A stretch of 64,000 nucleotides of DNA from Candidatus Dormibacteria bacterium. GTDB taxonomy: Bacteria; Chloroflexota; Dormibacteria; Aeolococcales; Aeolococcaceae. The stretch spans positions 5,672 to 69,671 of the forward strand of contig JBEKXW010000006.1 of the NCBI GenBank assembly GCA_049511615.1, written 5' to 3'. The position numbers and the translations under genes were made by a program. Below the pieces are notes generated by a model that was given only the letters and a program-made list of their open reading frames with translations, was not told where the DNA came from and searched no databases. Positions within the stretch are counted from its first letter, which is position 1. Each line of letters opens with the position of its first letter. Shown in pieces: positions 30,455 to 40,096 of this stretch.

Positions 30455-31201
30455 ATGGAGATCACCGAGCACATCGCCCACCTCGACGGGGAGGGCGAGC
30501 TGTTCGCGGAGGCGGTGGCCGCCGCCGGCCTGGACGCCGAGGTGACGACGTGCCCGGGGTGGAAGGTCCGCGACCTGGTCCAGCACCTGGGCGGCATCCA
30601 CCGCTGGGCGACGTCGTACGTGGTGAGCGGCAACCCGCGCCCAAGGAGCGAGGAGGAGGACACCAGGTTCTTCGCGGCGGTGGGCGACGGCGAGCTCATC
30701 GCCGAGTACCGGCGGGCCCACGCCGGGCTGGTGGCGGCGCTGTCGGGGGCGGGGCCCGACCTCGCCTGCTGGACCTTCCTGGCCGCGCCCTCCCCGCTCG
30801 CCTTCTGGGCCCGGCGCCAGGCCCATGAGACCACCATCCACCGCGTCGACGCCCAGAGGGCCGCCGGCCAGGATTCGCGGTGCGCCCCCGACCTCGCCGT
30901 GGACGGCATCGACGAGCTGCTCAACGGCTTCTTCAGCCGCCCGAAGGGACGTCTCGTTGCCGACCCGGCGGTGGTTCTCGCCATCCGGGCAGACGACACC
31001 GGGGACGCCTGGACGATCAGGATCGAGCCCGGGCGGCGCGTGGTGAAACCTGGAGCCGGCGACGCGGACTGCACGCTGCGCGGTGCGGCGAGCGACCTCT
31101 ACCTGCTGCTCTGGAACCGGCGGACGGCGGACGCGAGGGTGACGGTGGACGGGGAGCGAGGCGTGCTCGATCTGTGGCGGGAGCGGGCTGTCATCCGCTG
31201 A
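30455..31201 (+). CDS. maleylpyruvate-isomerase-family (mycothiol-dependent / DinB_2-like) protein
   Basis: N-terminal …HL.GE…F…V…A…D…..V..CPGW.VRDLV.HL…HRWA…, the TIGR03083-like pattern. Confidence 0.6.
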   Translation: MEITEHIAHLDGEGELFAEAVAAAGLDAEVTTCPGWKVRDLVQHLGGIHRWATSYVVSGNPRPRSEEEDTRFFAAVGDGELIAEYRRAHAGLVAALSGAGPDLACWTFLAAPSPLAFWARRQAHETTIHRVDAQRAAGQDSRCAPDLAVDGIDELLNGFFSRPKGRLVADPAVVLAIRADDTGDAWTIRIEPGRRVVKPGAGDADCTLRGAASDLYLLLWNRRTADARVTVDGERGVLDLWRERAVIR

Positions 31202-31381
31202 GGCCGATCAGCACTTGTGAGGCCAGGCCGAAGGGCCCGGTCCGGGCGCGTACCCGGTAACGGCGCGATGAGCACCCCGATGCGCCGATCATCGGCGGCG
31301 GCCTGGTCGGGAGCTCCTCGACGCCGCGATGACGCCCCTCCCCCCGCTCCTGGTGCTGACCACGGGGCGCGCCGCGTGGGA

Positions 31382-31696
31382 CTAGTCGACCTCATCCTCG
31401 CTGGGGAGCATCAGCGTGTCCTGGAGGTCGTACAGGGCCTCCATCCAGTCGGCGATGGGGATCTCGTCGCTGCGGCGCTTCACCAGCGGGTGGGCGGCGT
31501 CGACGATGAACCGGCTGGCCCGGTACCTCAGCTCACCGGGAACATCCACCTCGTCGGCCAGGTTCAGCATCTCGAACTCGTCGATCAGCTGGTCGATGGC
31601 CCGGATCCTCCTCCGACGCGCGTACCTCGCGTCGTGCTCCGCCTCGGCGCGCTCCTTGAGCACGCTGATGGTCAGGCAGGTGTCCTGAATCAACAA
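31382..31696 (-). CDS. hypothetical protein (104 aa)
   Basis: ORF in a locally lower-GC stretch. Confidence 0.4.
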   Translation of the reverse strand: MLIQDTCLTISVLKERAEAEHDARYARRRRIRAIDQLIDEFEMLNLADEVDVPGELRYRASRFIVDAAHPLVKRRSDEIPIADWMEALYDLQDTLMLPSEDEVD

Positions 31697-31821
31697 CCGC
31701 TCCCCCTCCTGAAGGGTGGGTTGATGCGTCCTCTCTCCCTGAGAGCCCGCAGAATGCTAGGCATGAAAGGTGCTGGCGGTCAAGACTTAAAACGTCCCCG
31801 GCCGGGACCTGCGCCCCCGCG

Positions 31822-32619
31822 ATGAGCCGGGCGGGGACCGCCGGTCTCGAGGCGGGTGTGCGGCAGGCCGGAGTGGGGGTCTTCCCCAGCTTCCAGCTCC
31901 GCCGGCTGGCCCGGACGGCGAGCACCCAGGACGTGGTGCGAGCGGCTGCGGCGAGGGGTGCGCCCGAGGGTTTCTGCTGCGTCGCAGGGGAGCAGACGGC
32001 GGGCCGGGGCCGGTCGGGACGCCGCTGGCTGGCCGCCCCGAACACCGCCCTGTTGACGAGCCTGCTGCTGCGGCGCGGGCAGGCGGTGGCGCGCGCGGTG
32101 CCCCTGGTGGCGGGCCTGGCCCTCACCGACGCGCTGGCCGACCTCGCCGGGGTCAGCTGCGGGCTGAAGTGGCCCAACGACGTGGTGGCCGGGCCGGGCA
32201 AGCTCGCGGGCATCCTCACCGAGGTCGAACCGGGAGGCGGGATCATTCTCGGGATGGGCGTGAACCTCACCGTCGACGCCTTCCCGCCGGACGTCGGCGG
32301 GGTGAGCCTGGACCGGCTGGCCGGCGCGGTATACCACTGGGACGCCGTCCTGGCCGCGCTCCTGCCGGAGCTGGGACGCCGCCTCCGGCAGGTGGAGGAG
32401 GATGGGATCCGCAGCCTGCGCGACGACTGGACCGGGCGCGCGGCGGGACTGGGTCGCCCGGTCCGGGCGGAGGTCGGGACAGCGATCGTCGAGGGGACCG
32501 CGGTGGGGATCGATGACGAGGGGGCGCTGCTGGTTGCGACCGACCACGGCCAGGTCCGCCTGGTGGCCGGCGAGGTGCATCTCCTGCCCCCCGGCGACGG
32601 CTCGAGCTCGAAGGGCTAG
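31822..32619 (+). CDS. birA: biotin--[acetyl-CoA-carboxylase] ligase
   Basis: …GEQTAGRGRSGRRW…GLKWPNDVV…GKLAGILTE…. Confidence 0.8.
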   Translation: MSRAGTAGLEAGVRQAGVGVFPSFQLRRLARTASTQDVVRAAAARGAPEGFCCVAGEQTAGRGRSGRRWLAAPNTALLTSLLLRRGQAVARAVPLVAGLALTDALADLAGVSCGLKWPNDVVAGPGKLAGILTEVEPGGGIILGMGVNLTVDAFPPDVGGVSLDRLAGAVYHWDAVLAALLPELGRRLRQVEEDGIRSLRDDWTGRAAGLGRPVRAEVGTAIVEGTAVGIDDEGALLVATDHGQVRLVAGEVHLLPPGDGSSSKG

Positions 32620-32621
32620 TC

Positions 32622-33140
32622 GTGGACGATGCCGTGTTGCGTCGCGCGGGTCCCGAGGACGTCGACTTCCTCAGGGCGATGTTCATCGAGACCCTCTCCC
32701 GGAGGGCGGGGAGCCCGCGCCGTGCCCTCGCGGAGATCCTCGACTACCCGGAGCTGGCGACGTACCTCGTGGACTGGGGCCGCCCCGGCGATGCCGCGCT
32801 CATCGCCGAGTCGAGCACGGGCGAGCGGATCGGTGCGGCCTGGTACCGCCACTTCACTCCAGCCGACCACGGCTACGGGTTCGTCGCCGAGGAGGTGCCC
32901 GAGCTCGGGATCGCCGTGCTGCCCGAGCACCGGCGGCGCGGGGTCGGACGGACTCTGATGTTCGGCCTCATCCGGCTTGCCGAGGAGGCGGGCTGCCCCG
33001 CGTTGAGCCTGAGCGTGGAGGAGGACAACCGAGCGGCAGTCCGCCTCTACGAGGGGCTCGACTTCCAGCGGATTCGACACGCCGGCGGAGCCTGGACGAT
33101 GCTCCTGGACCTGGACACGACCTTTGCCGAGCCGGCTTGA
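32622..33140 (+). CDS. GNAT family N-acetyltransferase
   Basis: Acetyl-CoA binding motif HRRRGVGRTLM. Confidence 0.8.
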   Translation: MDDAVLRRAGPEDVDFLRAMFIETLSRRAGSPRRALAEILDYPELATYLVDWGRPGDAALIAESSTGERIGAAWYRHFTPADHGYGFVAEEVPELGIAVLPEHRRRGVGRTLMFGLIRLAEEAGCPALSLSVEEDNRAAVRLYEGLDFQRIRHAGGAWTMLLDLDTTFAEPA

Positions 33141-33168
33141 GCCGACGTCGTCGCTGACCCCTGTCGAT

Positions 33169-33663
33169 TCACCGGGGGGGCGGCCGTCGCGGCGCCGCCT
33201 CACGCTCCGAGAAGCTGAGGATCGCCGCCGGGTTGAGCAGCGCGAAGGGGCGCTGGACGGTGCTCGTCTCGCTGGAGAGGGCGGGCACCCACAGCGCCGA
33301 GACGTTGGTCAGGGGCAGGAAGTCGTCGGGATGGGCCTCGAGGTGCTCCTGGAGGGTCTGGCCGGGGTCCAGGTGGATGTCCCCGACCAGCGAGAAGGCG
33401 ACGGTGTTGAAGACGGCCTGGCGGGTGGCCTTCTTGCGGCGCGTCGCGGGGCTGCGCTCGGCCTCCGGCTCCTCGAGGGGGCAGAGGAGGATCACCGCCG
33501 ACTTGGCGATGATGGTCCGGGGCTCGACCCGGCTCAGCACCGGGTAGTTCACCGAGAGCGGCTCGGCCCGGGTGTCGCGCAGGGACAGGAACCGGCCGGC
33601 GTGGTTCACGCCGTCGCTGAGGCGATCGGGACGGGCCACCTCCATCTCACCGGTGAGCTTCAT
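33169..33663 (-). CDS. hypothetical protein (164 aa; alternative GTG start at 33717)
   Basis: Coherent C-terminal portion of the artefactual 519-aa ORF. Confidence 0.4.
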   Translation of the reverse strand: MKLTGEMEVARPDRLSDGVNHAGRFLSLRDTRAEPLSVNYPVLSRVEPRTIIAKSAVILLCPLEEPEAERSPATRRKKATRQAVFNTVAFSLVGDIHLDPGQTLQEHLEAHPDDFLPLTNVSALWVPALSSETSTVQRPFALLNPAAILSFSEREAAPRRPPPR

Positions 33664-33954
33664 GAAGGTGGCGTAGACCTCGACCTGGGTCCACCCGCTG
33701 ACGACCTTGCCCTCCACCCGGGAACGCCCCGGGCAACGCTGTCGAGCCCGCGCCCACCCGGGTGAGGCGGGGCCGGCCGGGCGGGCTCGCTCCAATCGGG
33801 TCAGGCGGAGTTGTCTGGTGTGAAGGCTAGCAGGCCACCCGACCGGATGTCGGCGCTCCGACCGGTGGATCACGGGGCCCCGCCGGGCGATTTCCCGCGG
33901 TGGGCGCGCCGCCCACCGTAACCATGCGGTCCGGCCCGCGCTTCTGGGCTGGAG

Positions 33955-34959
33955 ATGGCCACCCTCGCCGCCACGGTGGCGACGACGCAGGCCGCGGCCC
34001 GGGAGCGCCGGGCCGGCATCCTGTCCGTCGCCGCTCACCTCCCCGACGGGATCCTGACCAATGCCGACCTGGAGGCGATGGTCGAGACCTCGGACGCCTG
34101 GATCATGCAGCGGACCGGCATCAGCCTCCGCCATCGGGCCAGGCCGGGGGAGACCACCTCCATGATGGGTGCGGTGGCGGCGCGCCGTGCCCTCGCCATG
34201 GCGGGCTGGCCGGACGTCGACGCCCTGGTGGTGACGACGGTCACCCCCGACACCCTCTTCCCATCGACCGCATGCCTGATCCAGCGCCAGCTGGGCCTGG
34301 AAGGGATCCCGGCGTTCGACCTGAACGCAGCCTGCAGCGGTTTCACCTACGGGTTGATCGTCTGCGAGGGGCTGATCCGGAGCGGCGTCGCCACGCGCGT
34401 CCTCCTGGTCTCCGCGGAGACGATGACGTCCCTGGTCGACTTCACCGACCGAACCACCTGCGTCCTCTTCGGGGACGGTGCCGGCGCGGCGGTGGTCGGG
34501 GCGGTGTCGAAGGGAGGGATCGTGGCCCGCCGCTGGGGAGCGGACGGGGGCAAGGGCCATCTGATCTACTACGGTCCCAAGCTCGACGACCCCGGCAGCC
34601 CCGACCGGCTGCGGATGGCCGGCAAGGGAACCTTCCGGCTGGCGGTCGAGCACTTCTGCGAGGTCACCGCCGAGGTCTGCGCCGACGCCGGATGGGACCC
34701 GGCCCAGATCGACCACTTCGTCCCCCACCAGGCCAATCAGCGCATCATCGAGGCCACCGCAACGCGGCTGGGTCTTCCCATGGAGCGAGTCGTGGTCAAC
34801 GTGTCCGAAACCGGCAACACCAGCTCCGCCTCGATCCCCCTCGCCCTGGCCGGCGCGGCCGCCCAGGGCCGCTTCCAGCCAGGCGACAGGGTGGTGGCGG
34901 CTGCCTTTGGCGCCGGAGCCACCTGGGGCGCCGTCGCCTGGGAGTGGGGCGGGGAGTGA
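33955..34959 (+). CDS. fabH: 3-oxoacyl-ACP synthase III
   Basis: Active-site C (AACSGF), H…N (HQANQRI…NVS.TGNTSSASIP). Confidence 0.9.
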   Translation: MATLAATVATTQAAARERRAGILSVAAHLPDGILTNADLEAMVETSDAWIMQRTGISLRHRARPGETTSMMGAVAARRALAMAGWPDVDALVVTTVTPDTLFPSTACLIQRQLGLEGIPAFDLNAACSGFTYGLIVCEGLIRSGVATRVLLVSAETMTSLVDFTDRTTCVLFGDGAGAAVVGAVSKGGIVARRWGADGGKGHLIYYGPKLDDPGSPDRLRMAGKGTFRLAVEHFCEVTAEVCADAGWDPAQIDHFVPHQANQRIIEATATRLGLPMERVVVNVSETGNTSSASIPLALAGAAAQGRFQPGDRVVAAAFGAGATWGAVAWEWGGE

Positions 34960-36836
34960 TGCTGGGGCGCTTCACCGCACCGGGGCCGCCCCGGGAGCGG
35001 CCCCTGCCGGCGCCCGGGCCGAGGTTGCGCCCGGTCGCCCGCTCCGGGAGCGTCGCCTGCAAGGGATGCGGGCGCCGCTTCGTCCTCGAGCGGTACGAGG
35101 GGGCGCTCAGGGTCTGCCCCTGGTGCGGCCACCACGGCCAGCTGCCGGCGGTGGCGCGGGCCGCGCAGCTCGCCGACCCGGAGAGCCTCGAGCCGGTCGA
35201 AATCCATCTCTCCGACCGCGACCCCCTGGGCTTCGACGACGGGCGCCCCTACCCGGCGCGGGTGGCCGAGGCGCGGCAGAAGACGGGGCTGACGGAGGCC
35301 TTCGTCATCGCCAGGGCCGACGTGGGCGGGGTCCCGGTGATCCTCGCCTGCATGGACTTCGGTTTCCTGGGCGGATCGCTGGGGTCCGCCGCCGGCGAGC
35401 AGTTCCTCCGTGGCTGCGAGCTGGCCGTGGCCGAGGGGCGCGCCCTGGTCGCGGTCTCGAGCAGCGGCGGTGCCCGGATGCAGGAGGGAATCGCCTCCCT
35501 CGCCCAGATGGCCCGCTGCAGCGCCGGGGTCAGCATGCTGAGCGGCGCCGGGCTTCCGTACATCTCGGTGCTCGCCGACCCGTGCTTCGGGGGCGTCACC
35601 GCCTCCTTCGCCGCCCAGGGCGACGTCATCCTCGCCGAGCCTGGAGCCAGGATCGGCTTCGCCGGGGGCCGGGTCATCGAGCAGGCGGCGCACGAGGCCC
35701 TGCCGGACGGGTTCCAGACCGCCGAGTTCCTGCTCAGCCACGGCATGGTGGACCAGGTGGTCGACCGGCGCGAGCTGCGCGAGCTGGTGGCCCGGCTTCT
35801 CCAGGCGATGAGCGCGCACCAGCGCGGCGAGGGCGGGGCGGGCACGGCCGCGGCCATCCCCGCCGGTGATCGCTCCGCGACCGGACCCCGGTACTCCGGT
35901 CACCCGGCCACCCCACCCGCCGGGTCGCGGCCCGAGCCCGGCCCGGCCGGCGCGCCTCCCGGCGAGCGCCTCCCCGCCCCGCCGGGCCCGTCGGTCGCCG
36001 ATCCCCTGTCCACCGCAGAACGGGAGCGTCGGGCGTTCGCAGCGGTCGAATTGGCCCGCCATACCGGCCGTCCCCGCACCCTGCAGCTGATCAGGAGCGT
36101 GTTCCACGACTTCACCGAGCTGCGGGGAGACCGCCTCTTCGGGGATGATCGCGCCGTGATCGGCGGACCCGCCCAGCTGGGCGGATCGGGGGTCACGCCC
36201 GAGGAGGACACCTGGGTCATGGTCATCGGCCAGGAGAAGGGTAACGACGCCGCCTCCCGGGCGATCCACAACTTCGGCATGCCCCACCCGGAGGGCTACC
36301 GCAAGGCCATCCGGCTGATGCGCCTGGCGGAGAAGTTCGGGCTGCCCGTGGTCTGCCTGGTGGACACGCCGGCCGCCGCGCCCGGGGTCGGCGCGGAGGA
36401 GCGGGGCCAGGCGTGGGCGATCGCCGAGTCGCTGCTGACGCTGCTCCGGCTGCGCACGCCGATCGTCTCCTGCGTGCTCTCCGAGGGCGGCTCGGGGGGG
36501 GCTCTCGCCCTGGGCATCGCCGACTCGGTGCTGGCCCTGGAGAACGCGGTGTTCTGCGTCGCCCCTCCCGAGACGGTGGCCGCCATCCTCTATCGCGACG
36601 CCGCCCAGAAGGGAAGGGCCGCCGCCGCCCAGCGTCCCTGGGTGCGCACCGCCTACGAGCTCGGGCTGATCGACGAGCTGATCCCCGAGCCCGCTCCCGG
36701 CGCCCACGCCCATCCCCAGGTGATGGCCGGAGCCCTGCGTGGCGCCCTGCTCCGCCATCTCGGCGCGCTCCGGCCGGTCCCGATCGACGAGCTGCTGCGG
36801 CGCCGGGCCGAGCGCTACCGGCACGCCGGGGACTGA
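34959..36836 (+). CDS. accD: acetyl-CoA carboxylase carboxyltransferase, fused beta (AccD, zinc-ribbon) and alpha (AccA) subunits
   Basis: CKGCGRRF…CPWCGHH zinc finger plus AccD CT domain; the C-terminal half is AccA-like (…GMPHPEGYRKA.RLMRLAEKFGLPVVCLVDTP…). Its ATG overlaps the fabH stop (TGATG). Confidence 0.85.
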   Translation: MLGRFTAPGPPRERPLPAPGPRLRPVARSGSVACKGCGRRFVLERYEGALRVCPWCGHHGQLPAVARAAQLADPESLEPVEIHLSDRDPLGFDDGRPYPARVAEARQKTGLTEAFVIARADVGGVPVILACMDFGFLGGSLGSAAGEQFLRGCELAVAEGRALVAVSSSGGARMQEGIASLAQMARCSAGVSMLSGAGLPYISVLADPCFGGVTASFAAQGDVILAEPGARIGFAGGRVIEQAAHEALPDGFQTAEFLLSHGMVDQVVDRRELRELVARLLQAMSAHQRGEGGAGTAAAIPAGDRSATGPRYSGHPATPPAGSRPEPGPAGAPPGERLPAPPGPSVADPLSTAERERRAFAAVELARHTGRPRTLQLIRSVFHDFTELRGDRLFGDDRAVIGGPAQLGGSGVTPEEDTWVMVIGQEKGNDAASRAIHNFGMPHPEGYRKAIRLMRLAEKFGLPVVCLVDTPAAAPGVGAEERGQAWAIAESLLTLLRLRTPIVSCVLSEGGSGGALALGIADSVLALENAVFCVAPPETVAAILYRDAAQKGRAAAAQRPWVRTAYELGLIDELIPEPAPGAHAHPQVMAGALRGALLRHLGALRPVPIDELLRRRAERYRHAGD

Positions 36837-36898
36837 CCCGGCGCCCGGTGACTGCCGTCCCCGCCACGGGGACGGTCCTGCCCCGTAGCATCGCCGGC

Positions 36899-37618
36899 AT
36901 GCCCCGAGCGGACAGCGACCTGCGCAGGCCACTCCCCGAGACTGTCAGCCACGTCATCTGGGACTGGAACGGCACCCTCCTGGATGACGCGCGGGTGGTC
37001 ATCGCGGCGACCACCGCCGCCTTCGGCCGGGCCGGCATCACGGTGACCGTCACCGAGGAGAGCTACCGCCGCAACTTCACCCGTCCGATCAGGCTCTTCT
37101 ACGAGCGCCTCCTGGGCAGGCCGGTCGCGCCCGAGGAGTGGGTGCGGCTCGACCACGCCTTCCACGGCGAGTACCAGCGGCTGTCCGCCGGGTGCCGTCT
37201 CAGCGCCGGCGCCGTCGAGGCTCTGGAGCTGATCGGGAGACGGGGTTGGACGCAGTCGGTGTGCTCGATGCTGCCGGAGCCGTATCTGCTCCCCGCGGTG
37301 GAGGGACACGGCCTGGGCGGGTACTTCATCCGGGTCGACGGGCTCACCGGCGGTGAGCGCGGCGGCACCAAGGCGGGCCATCTGGTCGCGCACCTCGGGC
37401 GCCTGGGAACGGCGCCAGATCGCACCGTCATGATCGGCGACACCGTCGACGACGCCGTCGCCGCACAGGAGGCGGGCGTCGGCTGCCTCCTCCTCGACGG
37501 CGGCGCGGGCCTGCACACCTCCGACGCCCTGGCGAGCGCCGGAGTGCCGGTGGTCGCGAGCCTGGCGGAGGCGATGGAGCTGCTGCTGACGCCGGATTCC
37601 GCGGTGCCGCGACCGTAG
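36899..37618 (+). CDS. HAD-superfamily hydrolase (phosphoglycolate phosphatase-like)
   Basis: HAD motif I DWNGTLLDD; motif IV IGDTVDD. Confidence 0.75.
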   Translation: MPRADSDLRRPLPETVSHVIWDWNGTLLDDARVVIAATTAAFGRAGITVTVTEESYRRNFTRPIRLFYERLLGRPVAPEEWVRLDHAFHGEYQRLSAGCRLSAGAVEALELIGRRGWTQSVCSMLPEPYLLPAVEGHGLGGYFIRVDGLTGGERGGTKAGHLVAHLGRLGTAPDRTVMIGDTVDDAVAAQEAGVGCLLLDGGAGLHTSDALASAGVPVVASLAEAMELLLTPDSAVPRP

Positions 37619-37656
37619 CTCGCCGGCGCCGGCAGGGAAGGATCCAATCCGGCGAG

Positions 37657-38151
37657 ATGGCGCGAGGCGGTGGGCGGCGGGCCGCTGCTAGATTGAGCCT
37701 CGTGGAGAAGGGTGACCTGGTTGCCGACTTCGCGCTCGAGGACGAGACCGGCACGCGGCGCCGGCTCTCCGAGTTCCTCGCCAAGGGGCCGGTCGTCCTC
37801 TTCTTCTACCCAGCGGCGATGACCGCGGGCTGCACCCGGGAGAGCTGCCACTTCCGGGACCTGGCCGCCGACTTCGCCGCCGCCGGGGGTCAGAGGGTCG
37901 GGATCAGCCACGACAGCGTCGCCAAGCAGCGCCAGTTCGCGGAGCGCCACTCTCTGGGCATTCCCCTCCTTTCCGACGCGGAGGGCACGGTCGCCCGGCA
38001 GTTCGGGGTGAACACTCGCTTCGGCATCATCCCGGTCAAGCGCTGGACCTTCGTCATCGCCACCGACGGCCGTGTGCTGGAGGTGATCAAGAGCGGGGTC
38101 AACATGAAGGTCCACGCCGACCGAGCTCTGGAGGTCCTGAGGGCGCGATGA
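37657..38151 (+). CDS. bcp: peroxiredoxin, Bcp-type (AhpC/TSA family)
   Basis: FYPAAMTAGCTRESC active site. The start may be downstream. Confidence 0.8.
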   Translation: MARGGGRRAAARLSLVEKGDLVADFALEDETGTRRRLSEFLAKGPVVLFFYPAAMTAGCTRESCHFRDLAADFAAAGGQRVGISHDSVAKQRQFAERHSLGIPLLSDAEGTVARQFGVNTRFGIIPVKRWTFVIATDGRVLEVIKSGVNMKVHADRALEVLRAR

Positions 38152-38804
38152 GGATCGGAATAATCGGGGCCGGCAACATCGGCGGAACCCTCACCCGGAG
38201 GTTCACCGCGCTGGGCCACGAGGTCGTGGTCGCCAACTCGCGCGGTCCCCAGACCCTCGAGGATCTGGCCGAGGAGACGGGCGCCACCGCGGCGGATGCA
38301 TCGCTCGCAGCGCAGGGCGCCGAGCTGGTGGTCGTGACCATCCCGGAGCGGGCTATCCCGGGACTCCCCGCGGGCATCCTCGACGGTGCCGCGCCGGGGG
38401 CGGTGATCGTCGACACCGGCAACTACTACCCGCAGCGCGACGGGCGCATCGCCGAGATCGAGGAGGGGATGACCGAGAGCCGGTGGGTGAGCCGGCGGCT
38501 CGGCCGGCCCGTGGTCAAGGCCTTCAACAACATCCGCGCCCAGCACCTGCTGGAGCTGGGCCGGCCCGCCGGCACGCCGGGGCGGATCGCCCTCCCGGTC
38601 GCGGGCGACGAACCGGAGGCCAAGGCGATCGTGATGCGCGTGATCGACGAGATGGGCTTCGATCCGGTGGACGCGGGTGGCATTGACGAGTCGTGGCGGC
38701 AGCAGCCCGGAACGCCCGTCTACACCGCCGACCTCGACGCGGCGGGCGTCCGGGAGGCACTCCGCCGGGCGAACCCCGCCCGGCCTCCCGAGTTCCGGGC
38801 CTGA
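38148..38804 (+). CDS. NADPH-dependent F420 reductase / F420-oxidoreductase-family NAD(P)-binding protein
   Basis: MRIGIIGAGNIGG Rossmann fold; F420_oxidored-like. Overlaps the bcp stop (ATGA). Confidence 0.7.
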   Translation: MRIGIIGAGNIGGTLTRRFTALGHEVVVANSRGPQTLEDLAEETGATAADASLAAQGAELVVVTIPERAIPGLPAGILDGAAPGAVIVDTGNYYPQRDGRIAEIEEGMTESRWVSRRLGRPVVKAFNNIRAQHLLELGRPAGTPGRIALPVAGDEPEAKAIVMRVIDEMGFDPVDAGGIDESWRQQPGTPVYTADLDAAGVREALRRANPARPPEFRA

Positions 38805-38920
38805 AAGAGCAGGACCCACGGCCCCCGCTCCCGCCGCCGGGTTGACCGGAGCGCCCACCCCTGGTAGGGTCATTTGCGAACTGACGTTCGCCACCAGATC
38901 ACGCACCGGCTCCCCACGCG

Positions 38921-40096
38921 ATGACGTACCGGCTCCTCCACCTGGCTGATCTCCACCTCGATCGCCCCTTTGCCCAGATGGGCTGCCATGGGGAGCTGGC
39001 CCGGCGCCGGCGCCAGGGACTGCGCGAGGCCCTGCGGCGAGCAGGGGAGGCCGCCCAGGAGCGCGGATGCGGCGCGGTGACCATCGCCGGCGACCTCTTC
39101 GAACACGAGCGCGCCGGCGCCGAGACCGCTCAGTTCCTGGTCGAGACCTTCGCCGCCTGGGAACCCATGCGGGTGCTGCTCGCCCCCGGGAACCACGATC
39201 CCCTGGTCCCCGGGAGCCTCTATCTGCGCACCCGCTGGCCGGCGAACGTCCATCTCTTCCAGGGCACGCGACTCGAGCCCCTGGAGCTGGCCGACGGCCT
39301 GACCGTGTGGGGGCTCGGGCACCACGAGCCGGCCTGGACCGGCAACCCGCTGGAGGGCGGCCTCGGGAGGGAGGGGGGCGGGCGCCGCGCCAGGTCCCGG
39401 GACGGCGTCCATCTGGCCCTCTTCCACGGTGCCGAGACCGGCAGCCGTCCGGCCGGAAAGGGGATCCATGGTCCGTTCGCCGCGGCCGAGATCCGGGAGC
39501 ATGGCTATGCCCTGGCGCTCTGCGGTCACTACCACGGCCGGCGGATCGATCTCGGCGCCGGCCTGGTCTACCCGGGCAGCCCGGAGCCACTCGCGTTCGA
39601 CGAGAGCGCGCCGCGCGGCCCGGTGGTGGTGGAGATCGGCGGCCGGGGCGAGATCCGCTGCACCGGCCTCGAGACCAACCGGTGGCATGCGGGCATCATC
39701 GAGTGCCGGCTGGACGGCGTCACCAGCCTGACCGCGACCGTCGACCGGGTGAGCGCGGAGGTGCTGACCGCGACCGCGGGTCTCCCCCTGGAGCGGACCA
39801 CCCTGCGCGTCGACCTGGCTGGAGCGGTCCCACCCCAGCTCGCCGTCGACGTCTTCGACTGCGAGAGCGCCGTCCGCGACGCCACCGGTGTGGCGGCGGT
39901 GCGGATCCGCGACCTGACCGCGCCCGCGACGGACCTGGACGCGCTCGCGCAGGAGGGGACGACGCGGGGAGCCTTCGTGCGGGTGGCGATGGCGGCGCTG
40001 GCGGCCGCCGAGAACGCCGAGTCGGCTGCGGTCGTGAACGACGCGCTCCGCTACGGCCTGGAGGCGTTCGCCGGCACCGACGTGGGGCTCCGATGA
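38921..40096 (+). CDS. SbcD/Mre11 (YhaO-type) metallophosphoesterase, core copy
   Basis: HLADLHLD (intact D.H motif), GDLFE, APGNHDP, GHYH. Confidence 0.8.
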   Translation: MTYRLLHLADLHLDRPFAQMGCHGELARRRRQGLREALRRAGEAAQERGCGAVTIAGDLFEHERAGAETAQFLVETFAAWEPMRVLLAPGNHDPLVPGSLYLRTRWPANVHLFQGTRLEPLELADGLTVWGLGHHEPAWTGNPLEGGLGREGGGRRARSRDGVHLALFHGAETGSRPAGKGIHGPFAAAEIREHGYALALCGHYHGRRIDLGAGLVYPGSPEPLAFDESAPRGPVVVEIGGRGEIRCTGLETNRWHAGIIECRLDGVTSLTATVDRVSAEVLTATAGLPLERTTLRVDLAGAVPPQLAVDVFDCESAVRDATGVAAVRIRDLTAPATDLDALAQEGTTRGAFVRVAMAALAAAENAESAAVVNDALRYGLEAFAGTDVGLR

